Of a stretch of 64,000 nt of DNA, positions 19,301-30,514 are shown piece by piece; the stretch's first letter is position 1; each line of letters opens with the position of its first letter. Source of the DNA: an uncultured Pseudomonadota bacterium (lineage in GTDB: Bacteria; Oederibacteriota; Muellerivitia; Muellerivitales; Muellerivitaceae); contig CAWIIP010000001.1 in NCBI GenBank assembly GCA_963836235.1, positions 128,001-192,000 of the forward strand, in the 5' to 3' direction. The notes beneath the pieces are model-generated. The model did no database searches. It was not told the DNA's origin and saw nothing but the letters and a program-made list of their open reading frames with translations. Position numbers and translations under genes: made by a program.

Positions 19301-20890
19301 ACGAATACAACGACAGCTACACCGACTAATACCGCGACCAACACGACCACAAATACACAGACCAACACCACGACGGACACGCCAACCAATACGACGACCG
19401 CTACCCCGACGAACACAACCACGAATACGCCAACCAATACCACGACGAATACGCCGACAAACACGAATACCGCGACCAACACGACAACTGACACTCCAAC
19501 GAATACGACTACTGCTACACCGACCAATACGCCGACAGATACAGCGACGAATACAGCCACCAACACCACTACCGCCACCCCGACGGATACCGCGACCAAC
19601 ACAGCTACCAATACGACTACGGCCACATCGACCAACACAACGACAGATACACCGACGAATACGGCCACCAACACCGCGACGAATACAGAGACCAACACCC
19701 CAACTAACACCATGACGAACACACCAACCAATACGATTACCGACACGCCGACAAATACCACCACGAATACGCCAACGAATAGCCCGACCAACACGACCAC
19801 ATACACCCCGACGAATTCCACAACGAGCACACCAACCAATACGACTACGGAAACTCCGACGAACACCACCACGGATACGCCAACCAACACGATCACCAAC
19901 ACTCCGACTAACACTCCGACGAACACGCCAACGAACACACCGACTAATACGGCCACGAACACAGCCACCAGCACCATAACGGATACTCCGACAACCACGC
20001 CAACGGCCACACCCTCAAATACGGGAACCCTAACGCCAACAAGTACAGCGACTAATACCATCACCAACACTGCTTCCAACACGCAAACAAATACGCCTAC
20101 ATCAACCGCCACTACTACGAACACGACCACACCGACAGGAACCTCTACTTACACGTTGACCAACTCGCCCACAATGACTTCCAGCAACACCCCTACCGCA
20201 ACCTTCAGCAGTACCATTACCAACACACCGACTTTAACCGCCACGGCAACCATAACCTCGACGCCGAACCCGGCCATTACACCCACTTGCGGCCAGCAAT
20301 TAATTACGATTTATGATGAAAGGGGAGAAAAGGTTGCTTCTCTCTGTGGATCGGCGGTTTTCCCCAATGGAACCAACTTCTCCATGACGCTTTCTAATTT
20401 TGTCCCCAATCCCAATGGCCCCGGTGGAACCATCTCGATTGATTTGAATGGGCAGGTAATCGCTACTTGGAATGTGACGGACACGGCGGGTAATTTGGTG
20501 CCTACCGGCTTTTACCAATTCGTGGTGGTGGAAACGACGAATGATGGAACCATTACCCAATTGGAGCGGGACGCCTTTATCCCCACCAACCATGGGGAAG
20601 AGGTCTCGTTGCTGGTGTTGCCCAACATTGGGCACCCGGGGGATATCCTCAAATTCATCGCTTCTTTCGCTGGAATACCCGCGGATAATCAAAGTAAAAT
20701 AAAGCTATACACGGTGGAAGGCGAACTGGTTAAGACTTTAGCAATATCCTCCGGGACCGCCTCTTGGGACTTGAAGAACGGAAACGGCTTTACCGTCGCG
20801 TCGGGGATTTATATCGCGGTTCTTGACGGAATTGATCCAGCCAGCGGACAAAAGCTTTCGCAAATTAAAAAACTATTAGTCGCTCATTGA
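16343..20890 (+). CDS. Large secreted protein: malectin domain + Thr-x repeat stalk + two FlgD-Ig/T9SS-CTD-like C-terminal domains
   Basis: Signal peptide ...SQAHSQ; malectin motifs [32 protein letters not shown]; C-terminal [10 protein letters not shown]...GNLVPTGFY and [26 protein letters not shown]...KKLLV. Confidence 0.85.
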   Translation: MINNLEKIIFFYRLFSRRWIPAFALLIIFGWGSQAHSQVSATWRVACNGTAHTDCLGNVWAADENFLNGSLYNTASAITGALPCGTDQVLYQKERYGNGAVAVTYVFDVPAGTYQVTLKFAEIYFTAAGDRVFNVSIAGTQVLTNFDIFAAAGGENIAIDEVFSNIAPSGGAITILLGPASVNNGKCDAIQIVAQPTNTPTATATNTATKTPTSTITETPTKTATNTATNTATATATNTPTNTTTNTTTNTTTNTATNTATKTATATTTNTGTNTATATATNTPTATTTNTPTKTTTNTPTNTATNTGTSTATSTTTNTPTNTATNTATNTATATTTNTPTNTATNTATNTATNTPTKTTTNTPTNTATNTATNTATATTTNTPTNTATNTGTNTATNTATNTATNTATNTQTKTTTNTPTNTATNTATNTATATTTNTPTKTTTNTPTNTATNTATNTATNTATNTTTNTPTNTATNTATATTTNTPTNTATNTATNTATNTATNTTTNTPTNTATNTATNTATSTTTNTPTNTTTATPTNTTTDTPTNTTTNTPTNTNTATNTTTNTPTNTTTDTPTNTTTDTPTNTTTNTTTNTPTNTTTATPTNTTTDTPTKTATNTTTNTPTNTTTDTPTNTTTATPTNTATATTTNTPTNTTTDTPTNTTTATPTNTTTDTPTNTPTNTNTATNTTTNTLTNTTTDTPTNTTTDTPTNTTTATPTNTATNTTTNTPTNTTTDTPTNTTTATPTSTTTDTPTNTTTDTPTNTTTATPTNTATATTTNTPTNTTTDTPTNTTTDTPTNTTTATPTNTATNTTTNTPTNTTTDTPTNTTTNTTTNTPTNTPTNTTTNTPTNTTTDTPTNTTTATPTNTTTDTPTNTTTNTPTNTNTATNTTTNTPTNTTTDTPTNTTTDTPTNTTTATPTNTATNTTTNTPTNTTTDTPTNTTTDTPTNTTTATPTNTATNTTTNTPTNTTTDTPTNTTTNTPTNTTTATPTNTATNTTTNTQTNTTTDTPTNTTTATPTNTTTNTPTNTTTNTPTNTNTATNTTTDTPTNTTTATPTNTPTDTATNTATNTTTATPTDTATNTATNTTTATSTNTTTDTPTNTATNTATNTETNTPTNTMTNTPTNTITDTPTNTTTNTPTNSPTNTTTYTPTNSTTSTPTNTTTETPTNTTTDTPTNTITNTPTNTPTNTPTNTPTNTATNTATSTITDTPTTTPTATPSNTGTLTPTSTATNTITNTASNTQTNTPTSTATTTNTTTPTGTSTYTLTNSPTMTSSNTPTATFSSTITNTPTLTATATITSTPNPAITPTCGQQLITIYDERGEKVASLCGSAVFPNGTNFSMTLSNFVPNPNGPGGTISIDLNGQVIATWNVTDTAGNLVPTGFYQFVVVETTNDGTITQLERDAFIPTNHGEEVSLLVLPNIGHPGDILKFIASFAGIPADNQSKIKLYTVEGELVKTLAISSGTASWDLKNGNGFTVASGIYIAVLDGIDPASGQKLSQIKKLLVAH
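16931..20266 (+). repeat. Coding low-complexity repeat ([12 protein letters not shown] units)
   Basis: Thr at essentially every second residue for about 1100 codons, with synonymous codon variation. Confidence 0.95.
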
Positions 20891-20905
20891 AAGGAGTGAC
20901 GGGAT

Positions 20906-22354
20906 TTGTTTAACCCGTTATCTATGACTGATTTATTTCGACGCCGGATCAAAACCACCTGTTTTTTCATAATGGTTGCGGCCTTTTTTCAATTTCCGAT
21001 TCCCCGAGCGGATGCCTTGTTTGACCGGGGTGGCGGCATTGGCGTTGGCGCTAGGGCAATGGGACTGAGTGGGGCTTTTGTCGCCGTCGCGGACGACTCA
21101 AGCGCGGCCTATTGGAATCCAGCGGGCCTTGGTCAGTTGAATCAACCCGAATTGGAAGGAATGTACGGTTCCTATTTCAACAATTCGGAGACGAATTTAT
21201 TTTTTTCATTCCATTATCCGCTGCCGGACGACATTCATCTGGCGATTAGCGCCAACGATTTATTTTATACCGATATTTCCGGGTCCGACGAAGAACAGTA
21301 CACAGGTTCAGTCGCTATCCCGCTTGATTTTGTTCCCGATAAACGGTTTTTGTTAGGGGCTAATTTTAGATATCTCGTTTCTAATTTGGGAAGCGGATAT
21401 GGAACCGCCCAAGGCGTGGGAGTGGATTTGGGTTTGCTCTATCGGCAACCTTTCAAGGACGCCTCAGAATTCAAAGCCGGACTTGTTTTGACTGATATCT
21501 CCACTTCCATCAAGTTCGGGGATACCGGCGTAGAACAAACAATTCCGGCTCTATTGACAGCGGGGTTAGCTTATCAATTTGACCCTTATACCCTGATAGC
21601 CGCCGATGTTCCCTGGACCTTATCGAATGATATTTTATTGGGCAATCAGGATGTGCGGATTCGAAGCGGTTTAGAGCATTGGTTTTTTGACGGGAAAGTG
21701 GGATTAAGAGCCGGGTTTGTCAGCTTTGTAACGCTTCCTGGAGAATTTAGCGTGGGCGCTAGTTATAAAACCACGGATTGGTCTTTGGATTACGCTTTCA
21801 TGAATCATTCGGACGCCCTTGGCAATAGTCATCGCATCGACATGAATTATTATTTCAACGCGGGAACCGGAAAACCCGAACCTCGGCCTTACCTGGAGAA
21901 GTCCCTTGTGGGCGACCAAAAAATATATTTGAAATGGGATATACCGGCTGGAAGCGAAGCGGATGGTTACTTGGTTTATGTTAAGAGTGATACGGATATG
22001 GATTTTCATCGGGCGAAACAGGAGCTTTTGCAAACAAAATACTGCCTCCTGCGGGGAGCTCAAAATGGTTTGCGCTACCATGTTTATATTCGGTCCGTGG
22101 TGGGGGGCCAAGAAAAGTATTCTTGCAGTGAATTGGTGATCATCCCGCAACCCATGTCGGAAGAGGCAAAGAAATATTACGACCAGGGGATGGAAGCCTT
22201 TGACAAAAACAACCTTTCGGCGGCCCTCTATGCCGCCCGCAAAGCGGAAGAACTCGATCCCAATAACTATGATATTAAGGATCTCATTCAAAAATTAGAA
22301 ACCACCCATCATGAAGGTCTGGTTCCTGAAGATGAACCACCGTTGACTCCGTAA
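20906..22354 (+). CDS. PorV/PorQ-like barrel + fibronectin-III-like + TPR protein
   Basis: GVGARAMGLSGAFVAVADDSSAAYWNPAGL; barrel end SLDYAF...GNSHRI; FN3-like LKWD..GYLVY..LQNGLRYHVYIRSV; terminal TPR. Confidence 0.78.
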   Translation: MFNPLSMTDLFRRRIKTTCFFIMVAAFFQFPIPRADALFDRGGGIGVGARAMGLSGAFVAVADDSSAAYWNPAGLGQLNQPELEGMYGSYFNNSETNLFFSFHYPLPDDIHLAISANDLFYTDISGSDEEQYTGSVAIPLDFVPDKRFLLGANFRYLVSNLGSGYGTAQGVGVDLGLLYRQPFKDASEFKAGLVLTDISTSIKFGDTGVEQTIPALLTAGLAYQFDPYTLIAADVPWTLSNDILLGNQDVRIRSGLEHWFFDGKVGLRAGFVSFVTLPGEFSVGASYKTTDWSLDYAFMNHSDALGNSHRIDMNYYFNAGTGKPEPRPYLEKSLVGDQKIYLKWDIPAGSEADGYLVYVKSDTDMDFHRAKQELLQTKYCLLRGAQNGLRYHVYIRSVVGGQEKYSCSELVIIPQPMSEEAKKYYDQGMEAFDKNNLSAALYAARKAEELDPNNYDIKDLIQKLETTHHEGLVPEDEPPLTP

Positions 22355-22386
22355 TCCTCCCGGTTCGAGACCACCGCATTCACGGC

Positions 22387-22415
22387 TTGTTTTAGGCGCT
22401 TACTTCCCCTAGAAT
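22387..22415 (+). promoter_or_regulatory. Possible sigma70 promoter upstream of purA
   Basis: TTGTTT-17 bp-TAGAAT. Confidence 0.4.
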
Positions 22416-22440
22416 GCCTCGTCGAAGCGAAGATTCATGA

Positions 22441-23817
<1,377 letters not shown>

Positions 23818-23891
23818 TTATTTCCTAAATCTTTTACTTTGCAATTTTAGACTAAAAAGTATATTTTCTCAGCTTTCCCAGGTTTTTGGGT

Positions 23892-23964
23892 GAGTCGTTA
23901 GCTCAGTTGGTAGAGCACCACACTTTTAATGTGGGTGTCCCGGGTTCGAGCCCCGGACGACTCA
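23892..23964 (+). tRNA. tRNA-Lys(TTT)
   Basis: GAGTCGT/ACGACTC acceptor stem, CCACA-CTTTTAA-TGTGG anticodon arm, GGTTCGAGCCC; CCA not encoded. Confidence 0.96.
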
Positions 23965-23985
23965 CCCAAGGACCTTGGGTTTTTT
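23964..23985 (+). terminator. Terminator hairpin abutting the tRNA-Lys 3' end
   Basis: ACCCAAG-GAC-CTTGGGT followed by a T run. Confidence 0.6.
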
Positions 23986-24128
23986 ATGGCTGATCAAACC
24001 ATTTCATCCACTTTTTTTATTTTTAAATTTTCATTAGAACGATTAAAACAAAGGGACTATCGGGAATTCTCGGCCCCTCATTCTAACCTTGTTATTGTTG
24101 ATAACGCGCTCCGAAAACGAAGTGGAAT

Positions 24129-24455
24129 ATGAATAGACCCCCAAAACGAAACTTAATCATTTTTGCCATAACTCTGTTGCTTGGTTTCACTTTGGCTGGA
24201 ATCAAAAAGGTTATAGCCACGGAGTTGGACAGCCAAAAAGGAGGCGGAAATTATTACGATTCTGGAATTCTAGAAAATAATTCAACTTCTTCCCGAAAGA
24301 ACAGTAATAAAAAGAAAAAACATTATCACGGAAGAAAGGGAAGCGCGAAACAAAGCAAGAATTCAATGGATCAAAATCCTGGAGGTCCCCAGGAAGATGT
24401 AACGGATCAAAAAGAAGTTTCGGAACAGGCAGATCAAAAGAAATCAAAAAAATAA
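24129..24455 (+). CDS. Small exported, Lys/Ser-rich hypothetical protein
   Basis: N-terminal hydrophobic segment, then a disordered basic tail. Confidence 0.55.
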   Translation: MNRPPKRNLIIFAITLLLGFTLAGIKKVIATELDSQKGGGNYYDSGILENNSTSSRKNSNKKKKHYHGRKGSAKQSKNSMDQNPGGPQEDVTDQKEVSEQADQKKSKK

Positions 24456-24470
24456 TTGCTGGGAGATGTT

Positions 24471-25055
24471 ATGTCGGCCACTTCCTCAACCATGTTGCCC
24501 TTGGGATCCAAAATCCCCGATTTCCATGTGCTGGATGTTGTCACTGAAAAATGGCTGACACCGCATGATTTTTCTAATCACCAACTATTGCTGGTGATGT
24601 TTATTTGCAGACATTGTCCTTATGTCAAGCATGTGCAGGATCAATTAGCTCGTTTGGGCGCGGATTACGTTCCTAAGAATGTCGGAATCCTCGCTATCAG
24701 TTCCAATGACGCGGAGCATTATCCAGATGACTCCCGGGCAAGTTTGAGGGAAATGGCATTAAGCCTCAAATTTAATTTTTCATTGGGCTATGATGAAACC
24801 CAAGTGGCCGGGAAGAACTTTCGGGCCGCTTGTACCCCGGAGTTCTATTTATTTGATAATACCCATGGGCTAATTTATCGGGGTCAATTGGACGGCAGCC
24901 GTCCCAAAAATGACATCCCCGTGACGGGCGGCGATTTAAGGGCCGCATTAGAAGCGGCCTTGTTAGGGAATTTGATTACAGGCGATCAAAAACCAGGGAT
25001 CGGGTGCAATATCAAATGGAAACCCGGTAACGAACCGGATTACTTTTCCCGTTAA
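24471..25055 (+). CDS. Thioredoxin-family (AhpC/TSA-like) protein
   Basis: MFICRHCPYVKH, AISSND, AACTPEFYLF, YRGQLD, IGCNIKW. Confidence 0.9.
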   Translation: MSATSSTMLPLGSKIPDFHVLDVVTEKWLTPHDFSNHQLLLVMFICRHCPYVKHVQDQLARLGADYVPKNVGILAISSNDAEHYPDDSRASLREMALSLKFNFSLGYDETQVAGKNFRAACTPEFYLFDNTHGLIYRGQLDGSRPKNDIPVTGGDLRAALEAALLGNLITGDQKPGIGCNIKWKPGNEPDYFSR

Positions 25056-25150
25056 AACTTCCTGGTATACTTGAACTTCCTCGTTTTTCTATCTTTTCCG
25101 TAGTATGATACAAATCCGTTAGTTTTTACCTTCACCCGAAGGGGCTTGGC

Positions 25151-27610
25151 TTGAACGTTCCCCACCAACTTAAAACTTTTTTGGATGATGTCCTCCTGAA
25201 AGCTGTTAGCGATATCGGGGAAGGCATCATTGTTTTAGATTTTCCCAGAATCATTTATGCCAATGAAGCTTTTTGCAAAATGGCTGGATTTGAGGAAGAT
25301 GAGCTCATTTCCTGTCCGTCTTTTTTTGATTTAATTCCTGGAGAGTGTAGAGATTCGATCCGGGAAAGTGTTCGCTTTTTCATTGAAGATAAGAAAACAT
25401 CAGGACGTTTTGAAACAACGATTCATGGGAAAACTGGAAAATCATTACAGATTGAATTGACCCTAAATGCGATTGATGACGGAGAGCAGAACCGGATATT
25501 CTCCATTGTCCGCGACATCACTGAGCAGAAAAACTTAAAAGACTTGCTCGAGACGCAAGGAGTTCAGTACAAACTCCTTTTTCAAAATAACCCCCATCCC
25601 ATGTGGATTTACGATTTGGATACACTCTCCATTTTGACCGTCAACGACGCCGCGGTTCAGAAATATGGATTTTCCCTTCATGAGTTTTTGACCTTGTCCG
25701 TCAAGGATGTCCGGCCTCCTCAAGATATCCCCGATCTTTTAAAACGAGTCAGTCAATTTAAGGAAAGCTCGGCTGTTCTCAGGGAAATGGTTCGGCACCG
25801 AACCAAAAACGGAACGGTTATCGATGTTGAAGTGATGTCCCATCCGATAGATTTTGGCGGTAAAAAAGCGCGGGTAGTGATGGTTTCGGATCTCACCGAC
25901 CACAAAAAAGCCGAACTAGCGCTTCAAGAAAGCGAAGAAAAGTTTCGAATGCTATTCAATAACGCGATTGATCCGATACTTTTATTTGAAGTGTCAGATG
26001 ATGGAATGCCTGGAAAGTTCCTTGAAGTGAACGATATCGCCTGTTCGAAGCTTGGGTATAGCCGGGAAGAATTGTTGGGAATGAATCTTTTTGATGTTTC
26101 AACGCCGGAAGATATAAACGATCTTCCGAAGATATTTAAAAAGCTTCTGCAACAAGAACACGCTACTTTTGAAAAAATTCATATCGCAAAGAATGGATTG
26201 AAAATCCCCGTAGAAATTAATTCTCACGTCTTTCACTGGAATGGGCGGCGATTTGTCCAGGCCATTGCCCGTGATATTACGGATCGAAAAAGGGCTGAAG
26301 AAACAATACGCCGGCAGGCCTATTACGATATTTTAACAAACCTTCCCAATCGAAATCTTTTTAAGGACCGGTTGGAGCAGGCCATGAAACAGGCTCATCG
26401 AAACAAACAAATACTTGGAGTGATCGTCCTTGATTTGGATCGTTTCAAAAACATTAACGAAACTCTTGGTCATATTTTGGGAGATAAATTACTCGTCGCG
26501 GTGGCCGAAAGACTTTTGGGTGTTCTAAATGAAAGCGAGACGATCGCGCGATTTGGGGGCGATGAATTCACGCTTTTACTGCCTCAAGTGACCAGCATTG
26601 AGGAAGCCACGCAACACGCTCAAAAAATCATAGAACTTCTCGCAGCGCCTTTTAAGCTCAGTAATCATGAACTTCATGTTACGACGAGTATTGGAATGGC
26701 TTTTTATCCCGATGACGGAGAAAATTCCGAAATTCTTTTGAAGAACGCTGAAACAGCCATGTATCGCGCAAAAGAACAAGGCCGTAACAACTACCAACTT
26801 TACGCATCCGTTATGAATGTCAGCGCTTTTAAGCAATTGTTGATGGAAAATAGCCTTCGCCGTGCTTTGGGAAAAGAAGAGTTTGTTGTTTATTACCAAC
26901 CGCAGATTGATATTAAAACACAAAAACTTGTGGGGGCCGAAGCCCTTGTGCGCTGGCAGCATCCGGACCTTGGCTTGGTTTTTCCAACCGAATTCATTGG
27001 ATTGGCCGAGGAAACAGGTTTGATTGTTCCGATCGGTGAATGGGTTATCCGGAAAGTTTGCGCCCAAAACAAAAAATGGCAGGATGCCGGATTTGAAAAA
27101 GTCTGCATCTCCGTCAATCTTTCCGCCAGGCAATTTCAACAAAGAAATTTGGTCGCCACTATTTCCCATATTCTCCAGGAAACGGCTTTGGACCCGCAGT
27201 GTTTGGGGATGGAAATCACGGAATCTATCGCGATGAAAAACGCGGATTTCACCATTTCGGCCTTGAACGAACTAAAAAAAATGGGAATTCATTTGTCACT
27301 GGATGATTTTGGGACTGGGTATTCCTCTCTCAGCTACTTGAAAAGATTTCCATTGGAAACCCTGAAAATTGACCGCTCATTCGTCCGCGACATCACAACA
27401 GACCCTAATGACGCGGCTATCGTAACTGCCGTGATTGCCCTGGCCCACAGCCTTAAGTTGAGTGTTGTCGCTGAGGGGGTCGAGACGGAGGGTCAATTGA
27501 ATTTCTTGAAAAACCACGATTGCAATTACGTTCAGGGATATATTTTCAGTCACCCCTTGTCGGAAGAGAACTTTTTGAAAACTTTAAAGAATTATTCTTC
27601 GAAACCCTAA
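25151..27610 (+). CDS. PAS-PAS-PAS-GGDEF-EAL signalling protein
   Basis: Three PAS/PAC units ending RDIT/DLT; ARFGGDEF; AEALVRW; DDFGTGYSS. Confidence 0.94.
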   Translation: MNVPHQLKTFLDDVLLKAVSDIGEGIIVLDFPRIIYANEAFCKMAGFEEDELISCPSFFDLIPGECRDSIRESVRFFIEDKKTSGRFETTIHGKTGKSLQIELTLNAIDDGEQNRIFSIVRDITEQKNLKDLLETQGVQYKLLFQNNPHPMWIYDLDTLSILTVNDAAVQKYGFSLHEFLTLSVKDVRPPQDIPDLLKRVSQFKESSAVLREMVRHRTKNGTVIDVEVMSHPIDFGGKKARVVMVSDLTDHKKAELALQESEEKFRMLFNNAIDPILLFEVSDDGMPGKFLEVNDIACSKLGYSREELLGMNLFDVSTPEDINDLPKIFKKLLQQEHATFEKIHIAKNGLKIPVEINSHVFHWNGRRFVQAIARDITDRKRAEETIRRQAYYDILTNLPNRNLFKDRLEQAMKQAHRNKQILGVIVLDLDRFKNINETLGHILGDKLLVAVAERLLGVLNESETIARFGGDEFTLLLPQVTSIEEATQHAQKIIELLAAPFKLSNHELHVTTSIGMAFYPDDGENSEILLKNAETAMYRAKEQGRNNYQLYASVMNVSAFKQLLMENSLRRALGKEEFVVYYQPQIDIKTQKLVGAEALVRWQHPDLGLVFPTEFIGLAEETGLIVPIGEWVIRKVCAQNKKWQDAGFEKVCISVNLSARQFQQRNLVATISHILQETALDPQCLGMEITESIAMKNADFTISALNELKKMGIHLSLDDFGTGYSSLSYLKRFPLETLKIDRSFVRDITTDPNDAAIVTAVIALAHSLKLSVVAEGVETEGQLNFLKNHDCNYVQGYIFSHPLSEENFLKTLKNYSSKP

Positions 27611-28071
27611 GAAGAGTGCCGCCTATTTTTGAGGGCACGTTCAATATCACGATGGGCCTCTTTTTCCTTCAGCTTGTCGCGCTTGTCCTTGACATTTTTT
27701 CCCTTTGCCAAAGCCAATTGTATTTTTACCTTTCCGCCTTTGAAATAAAGTTTTATTGGAACCATGCTGAGACCTTTTTCGTGGACCCGGGCCGCCAGTT
27801 TGGTGATTTCACTGCGGTTCAATAAAAGCTTGCGAATTCGCGTGGGATCAGGATTATACCGGTTGCCCTGTTCATAAGGAGAAATGTGCATTCCATAAAG
27901 GAATATCTCCTCGTTTTCAACGCGGGCAAAACTATCCTGGAGATTGGCTTTTCCGTTGCGAATCGATTTTACCTCGCATCCAGCCAAAGCAATCCCAGCT
28001 TCCACGCTCTCTAAAATAAAGTAATCATGATGTGCTTTTCGGTTTTGAAGAGAGGGGGCGCGTTCAGGCAT
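27607..28071 (-). CDS. smpB: SsrA-binding protein
   Basis: [31 protein letters not shown]. Confidence 0.96.
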   Translation of the reverse strand: MPERAPSLQNRKAHHDYFILESVEAGIALAGCEVKSIRNGKANLQDSFARVENEEIFLYGMHISPYEQGNRYNPDPTRIRKLLLNRSEITKLAARVHEKGLSMVPIKLYFKGGKVKIQLALAKGKNVKDKRDKLKEKEAHRDIERALKNRRHSS

Positions 28072-30106
28072 AAATCCTTCCAAGAGTTAATCGTTGAAAG
28101 ACCATGTCGACGGTTAAAACCTGGACTTTTAATATATCCCCCAGTTGAATCTTGGCCCCTCTTTTACCCCTTAAAACTAAGGATGGCGCGTCTAACTGGT
28201 AATCATCATCCGTCAGGTTTTCCAGAGGGATAAAACCCTCAATGCCATAGGGGTTCAATTCCACATAGGCGCCATAAGCGGTCAAGTGGCGGACGGGACC
28301 TTCAAATTTTTGATTTACTTTATTTTCCATGAAACGCAGTTGAAGGATTTTTTGACTTTCACGTTCGGCTTTTTCCGCCGTTCTTTCTTGTTCGCTGCTA
28401 TGAAGGGCAATTTTCTCCAAAGGCTTGGCTTGGCCTAATGTCTTTTCAGAGGTAATTGCTTTCTTCAGGGCGCGATGAACCATCAAATCCGGAAAGCGAC
28501 GAATGGGGGAGGTGAAGTGGCAGTAGGATTTTAAAGCTAGCCCAAAATGGCCGGCATTGCGCGTGGAGTAAACGGCCAATTTAAGCGACCGCAGAGCCAA
28601 GTTGGAGACGACCGCCTCATAAGGGCCTCCCTTCACCGATTTTAAGAGGGTTTGAAGTCCCATAGGAGTCGTTAGGTCCAATCCCTTGAAAGGGATGTGA
28701 TAAGCGGCAAGAAAAGTAACCAGCTCCTCCACATCGCTGTCATTGGGCGGTTCGTGAATCCGGTAGACGGCCGGTATTTTCAATTTTTCCAAATGGGTGG
28801 CCACTGCCTCATTGGCCGCCACCATAAAGTCCTCAATAAGTTTGTGGGTTTCCAGCCGATCTTTTTTGCGGACGTCGACCACTTTTCCATTTTGGATAAC
28901 GGCCCGAACTTCCGGAAAATCAAAGTCCAGAGAACCGCTGGCTTCGCGCTGTTTTCGGATCCAGCGGGACAGCTTGATCATATCCGCCAGCACTTGCTTA
29001 AAGGGCGAGTATTTGGCAATGACAGCCTCAGAACCGGTTCCGTTCAAAAACTGTTGAACTTCCTCGTAAATGCCGCGGCAACGACTTTGGATGACAGATT
29101 GGGCGAAACCCGCCTTAATGAATTGTCCGGTAGGACTGTAGGTCAAAAAAGCACTAAGCGTTAGACGCGGAACTCCTTCCCGGAGGGAACAGAGGCCGTC
29201 GGAAAGGGAATAGGGAAGCATTGGCAAGACCCTATCGGCCAGGTAAAGGCTGGTTCCCCTATCCTGGGCTTCTTCATTTAACGGGGTACCCTCACGCACA
29301 TAATGAGACACATCAGCGATATGGACACCCAACTGGTAATTCCCAATAGAGTTGATCTCCAATGAAATGGCATCATCGAAATCCTTGGCATCGGCCCCGT
29401 CGATGGTCATGACGAGCATTTTTCGGAGGTCCAGTCTTCCTTGCCAATCGCTTTCGCTTGGGTTTTCAGGCAACCCGGCCACTTGGGATTCCACTGGTTT
29501 TGGGAAGGAATCAGGCCATTGATATTTACGGATGACAGATATGATATCGACACCTGGATCGCCGGGAAAACCGAGGATTTCTACCAATTGTCCTTCCATT
29601 GGGCCATCCCCCGGCCATTTGGTGATTTTAACTACTGCTTTTTGGCCTACCTGGCCCTTGAGTGCTCCCCGACTGAGAAGAATGGGTTGAGTTACCCTGA
29701 AATCATCGGGTTTTAGGAGAAAATTACTCTGCTCCTTTATGAGGGTGCCGACCAATTCCTCGTGGGCCCTTTTGACAATGGAAACAATGGACGCTGAAAA
29801 CTTTCCTTCTTTGAACGAATCCTTACCCACCCTGGCCTTGACGGTATCTCCATTCAAAATTCCCCGCATTTCTCGCGGGGGGACGAAAGCATCGGGCGAA
29901 CCGTCTTCGGGGACAAAGAAGCCAAAACCTTTCTCGTTGGCCTGGACCTTACCGATTAGTTCCCGGGCGCCGGGATCCGGATGAGGACGACTTTTCCCCG
30001 CTTTGGAGAATGAGCCGTGACGATTGCTGGAGGCTGAACCACCAGAAAATTGAGCTTTCGTATGTTTTTCTTTTTTTGGTTTTCTCGAATGATGTTTTTT
30101 CGGCAA
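28064..30106 (-). CDS. rnr: Ribonuclease R (VacB/RNase II family)
   Basis: [27 protein letters not shown]...HFTSPIRR, C-terminal S1; adjacent to smpB. Confidence 0.93.
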   Translation of the reverse strand: MPKKHHSRKPKKEKHTKAQFSGGSASSNRHGSFSKAGKSRPHPDPGARELIGKVQANEKGFGFFVPEDGSPDAFVPPREMRGILNGDTVKARVGKDSFKEGKFSASIVSIVKRAHEELVGTLIKEQSNFLLKPDDFRVTQPILLSRGALKGQVGQKAVVKITKWPGDGPMEGQLVEILGFPGDPGVDIISVIRKYQWPDSFPKPVESQVAGLPENPSESDWQGRLDLRKMLVMTIDGADAKDFDDAISLEINSIGNYQLGVHIADVSHYVREGTPLNEEAQDRGTSLYLADRVLPMLPYSLSDGLCSLREGVPRLTLSAFLTYSPTGQFIKAGFAQSVIQSRCRGIYEEVQQFLNGTGSEAVIAKYSPFKQVLADMIKLSRWIRKQREASGSLDFDFPEVRAVIQNGKVVDVRKKDRLETHKLIEDFMVAANEAVATHLEKLKIPAVYRIHEPPNDSDVEELVTFLAAYHIPFKGLDLTTPMGLQTLLKSVKGGPYEAVVSNLALRSLKLAVYSTRNAGHFGLALKSYCHFTSPIRRFPDLMVHRALKKAITSEKTLGQAKPLEKIALHSSEQERTAEKAERESQKILQLRFMENKVNQKFEGPVRHLTAYGAYVELNPYGIEGFIPLENLTDDDYQLDAPSLVLRGKRGAKIQLGDILKVQVLTVDMVFQRLTLGRIYA

Positions 30107-30234
30107 GAGAGATCCTTTAAATAATTGTTAATGGAAGGGTATGGGATTGGACCACCAGTTTTCATGGATCAAAATCATGCGGTTGGGTGACCGGGAAGGC
30201 GGGACTGTTCCAAAAACCCTCAAAAGTGCGTTGC

Positions 30235-30263
30235 TTGACAGCGAATAAACCCTACTTTATACT
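30235..30263 (+). promoter_or_regulatory. Sigma70 promoter of tRNA-Leu
   Basis: TTGACA-17 bp-TATACT. Confidence 0.8.
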
Positions 30264-30313
30264 ACGGCCTCCCCTGAAACAAGCCCCTCTACCTTTGTGT
30301 GTGAGTGTTGTAA

Positions 30314-30400
30314 GCGGAAGTGGCGAAATTGGCAGACGCACTAGATTCAGGTTCTAGCGGGGGCAACCTCATGGGGGTTCAACTCCCCCCTTCCGCACCA
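30314..30400 (+). tRNA. tRNA-Leu(CAG)
   Basis: GCGGAAG/CTTCCGC acceptor stem, CTAGA-TTCAGGT-TCTAG anticodon arm, long variable arm, CCA end. Confidence 0.96.
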
Positions 30401-30514
30401 TCCTTTTTGAAGTGATTGAAATTTCCCGGGTTTCTATTTCCATTAAAGGCCTGGCGCTGATTCAAAATTCCGTTCGAATATGGGTGACTTCTATTCTTAC
30501 CTTAGGTTTCCAGC

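Noticed and set aside
16769-20130. Long ORFs on other frames and strand (1072-aa Val-rich, 509-aa Arg/Pro-rich, 269-aa)
   Set aside because: Shadows of the Thr repeat, whose codons rarely give stops in other frames.
16931-20266. Possible CRISPR or DNA-level tandem array
   Set aside because: No constant repeat with unique spacers; the variation is synonymous, so it is a protein repeat.
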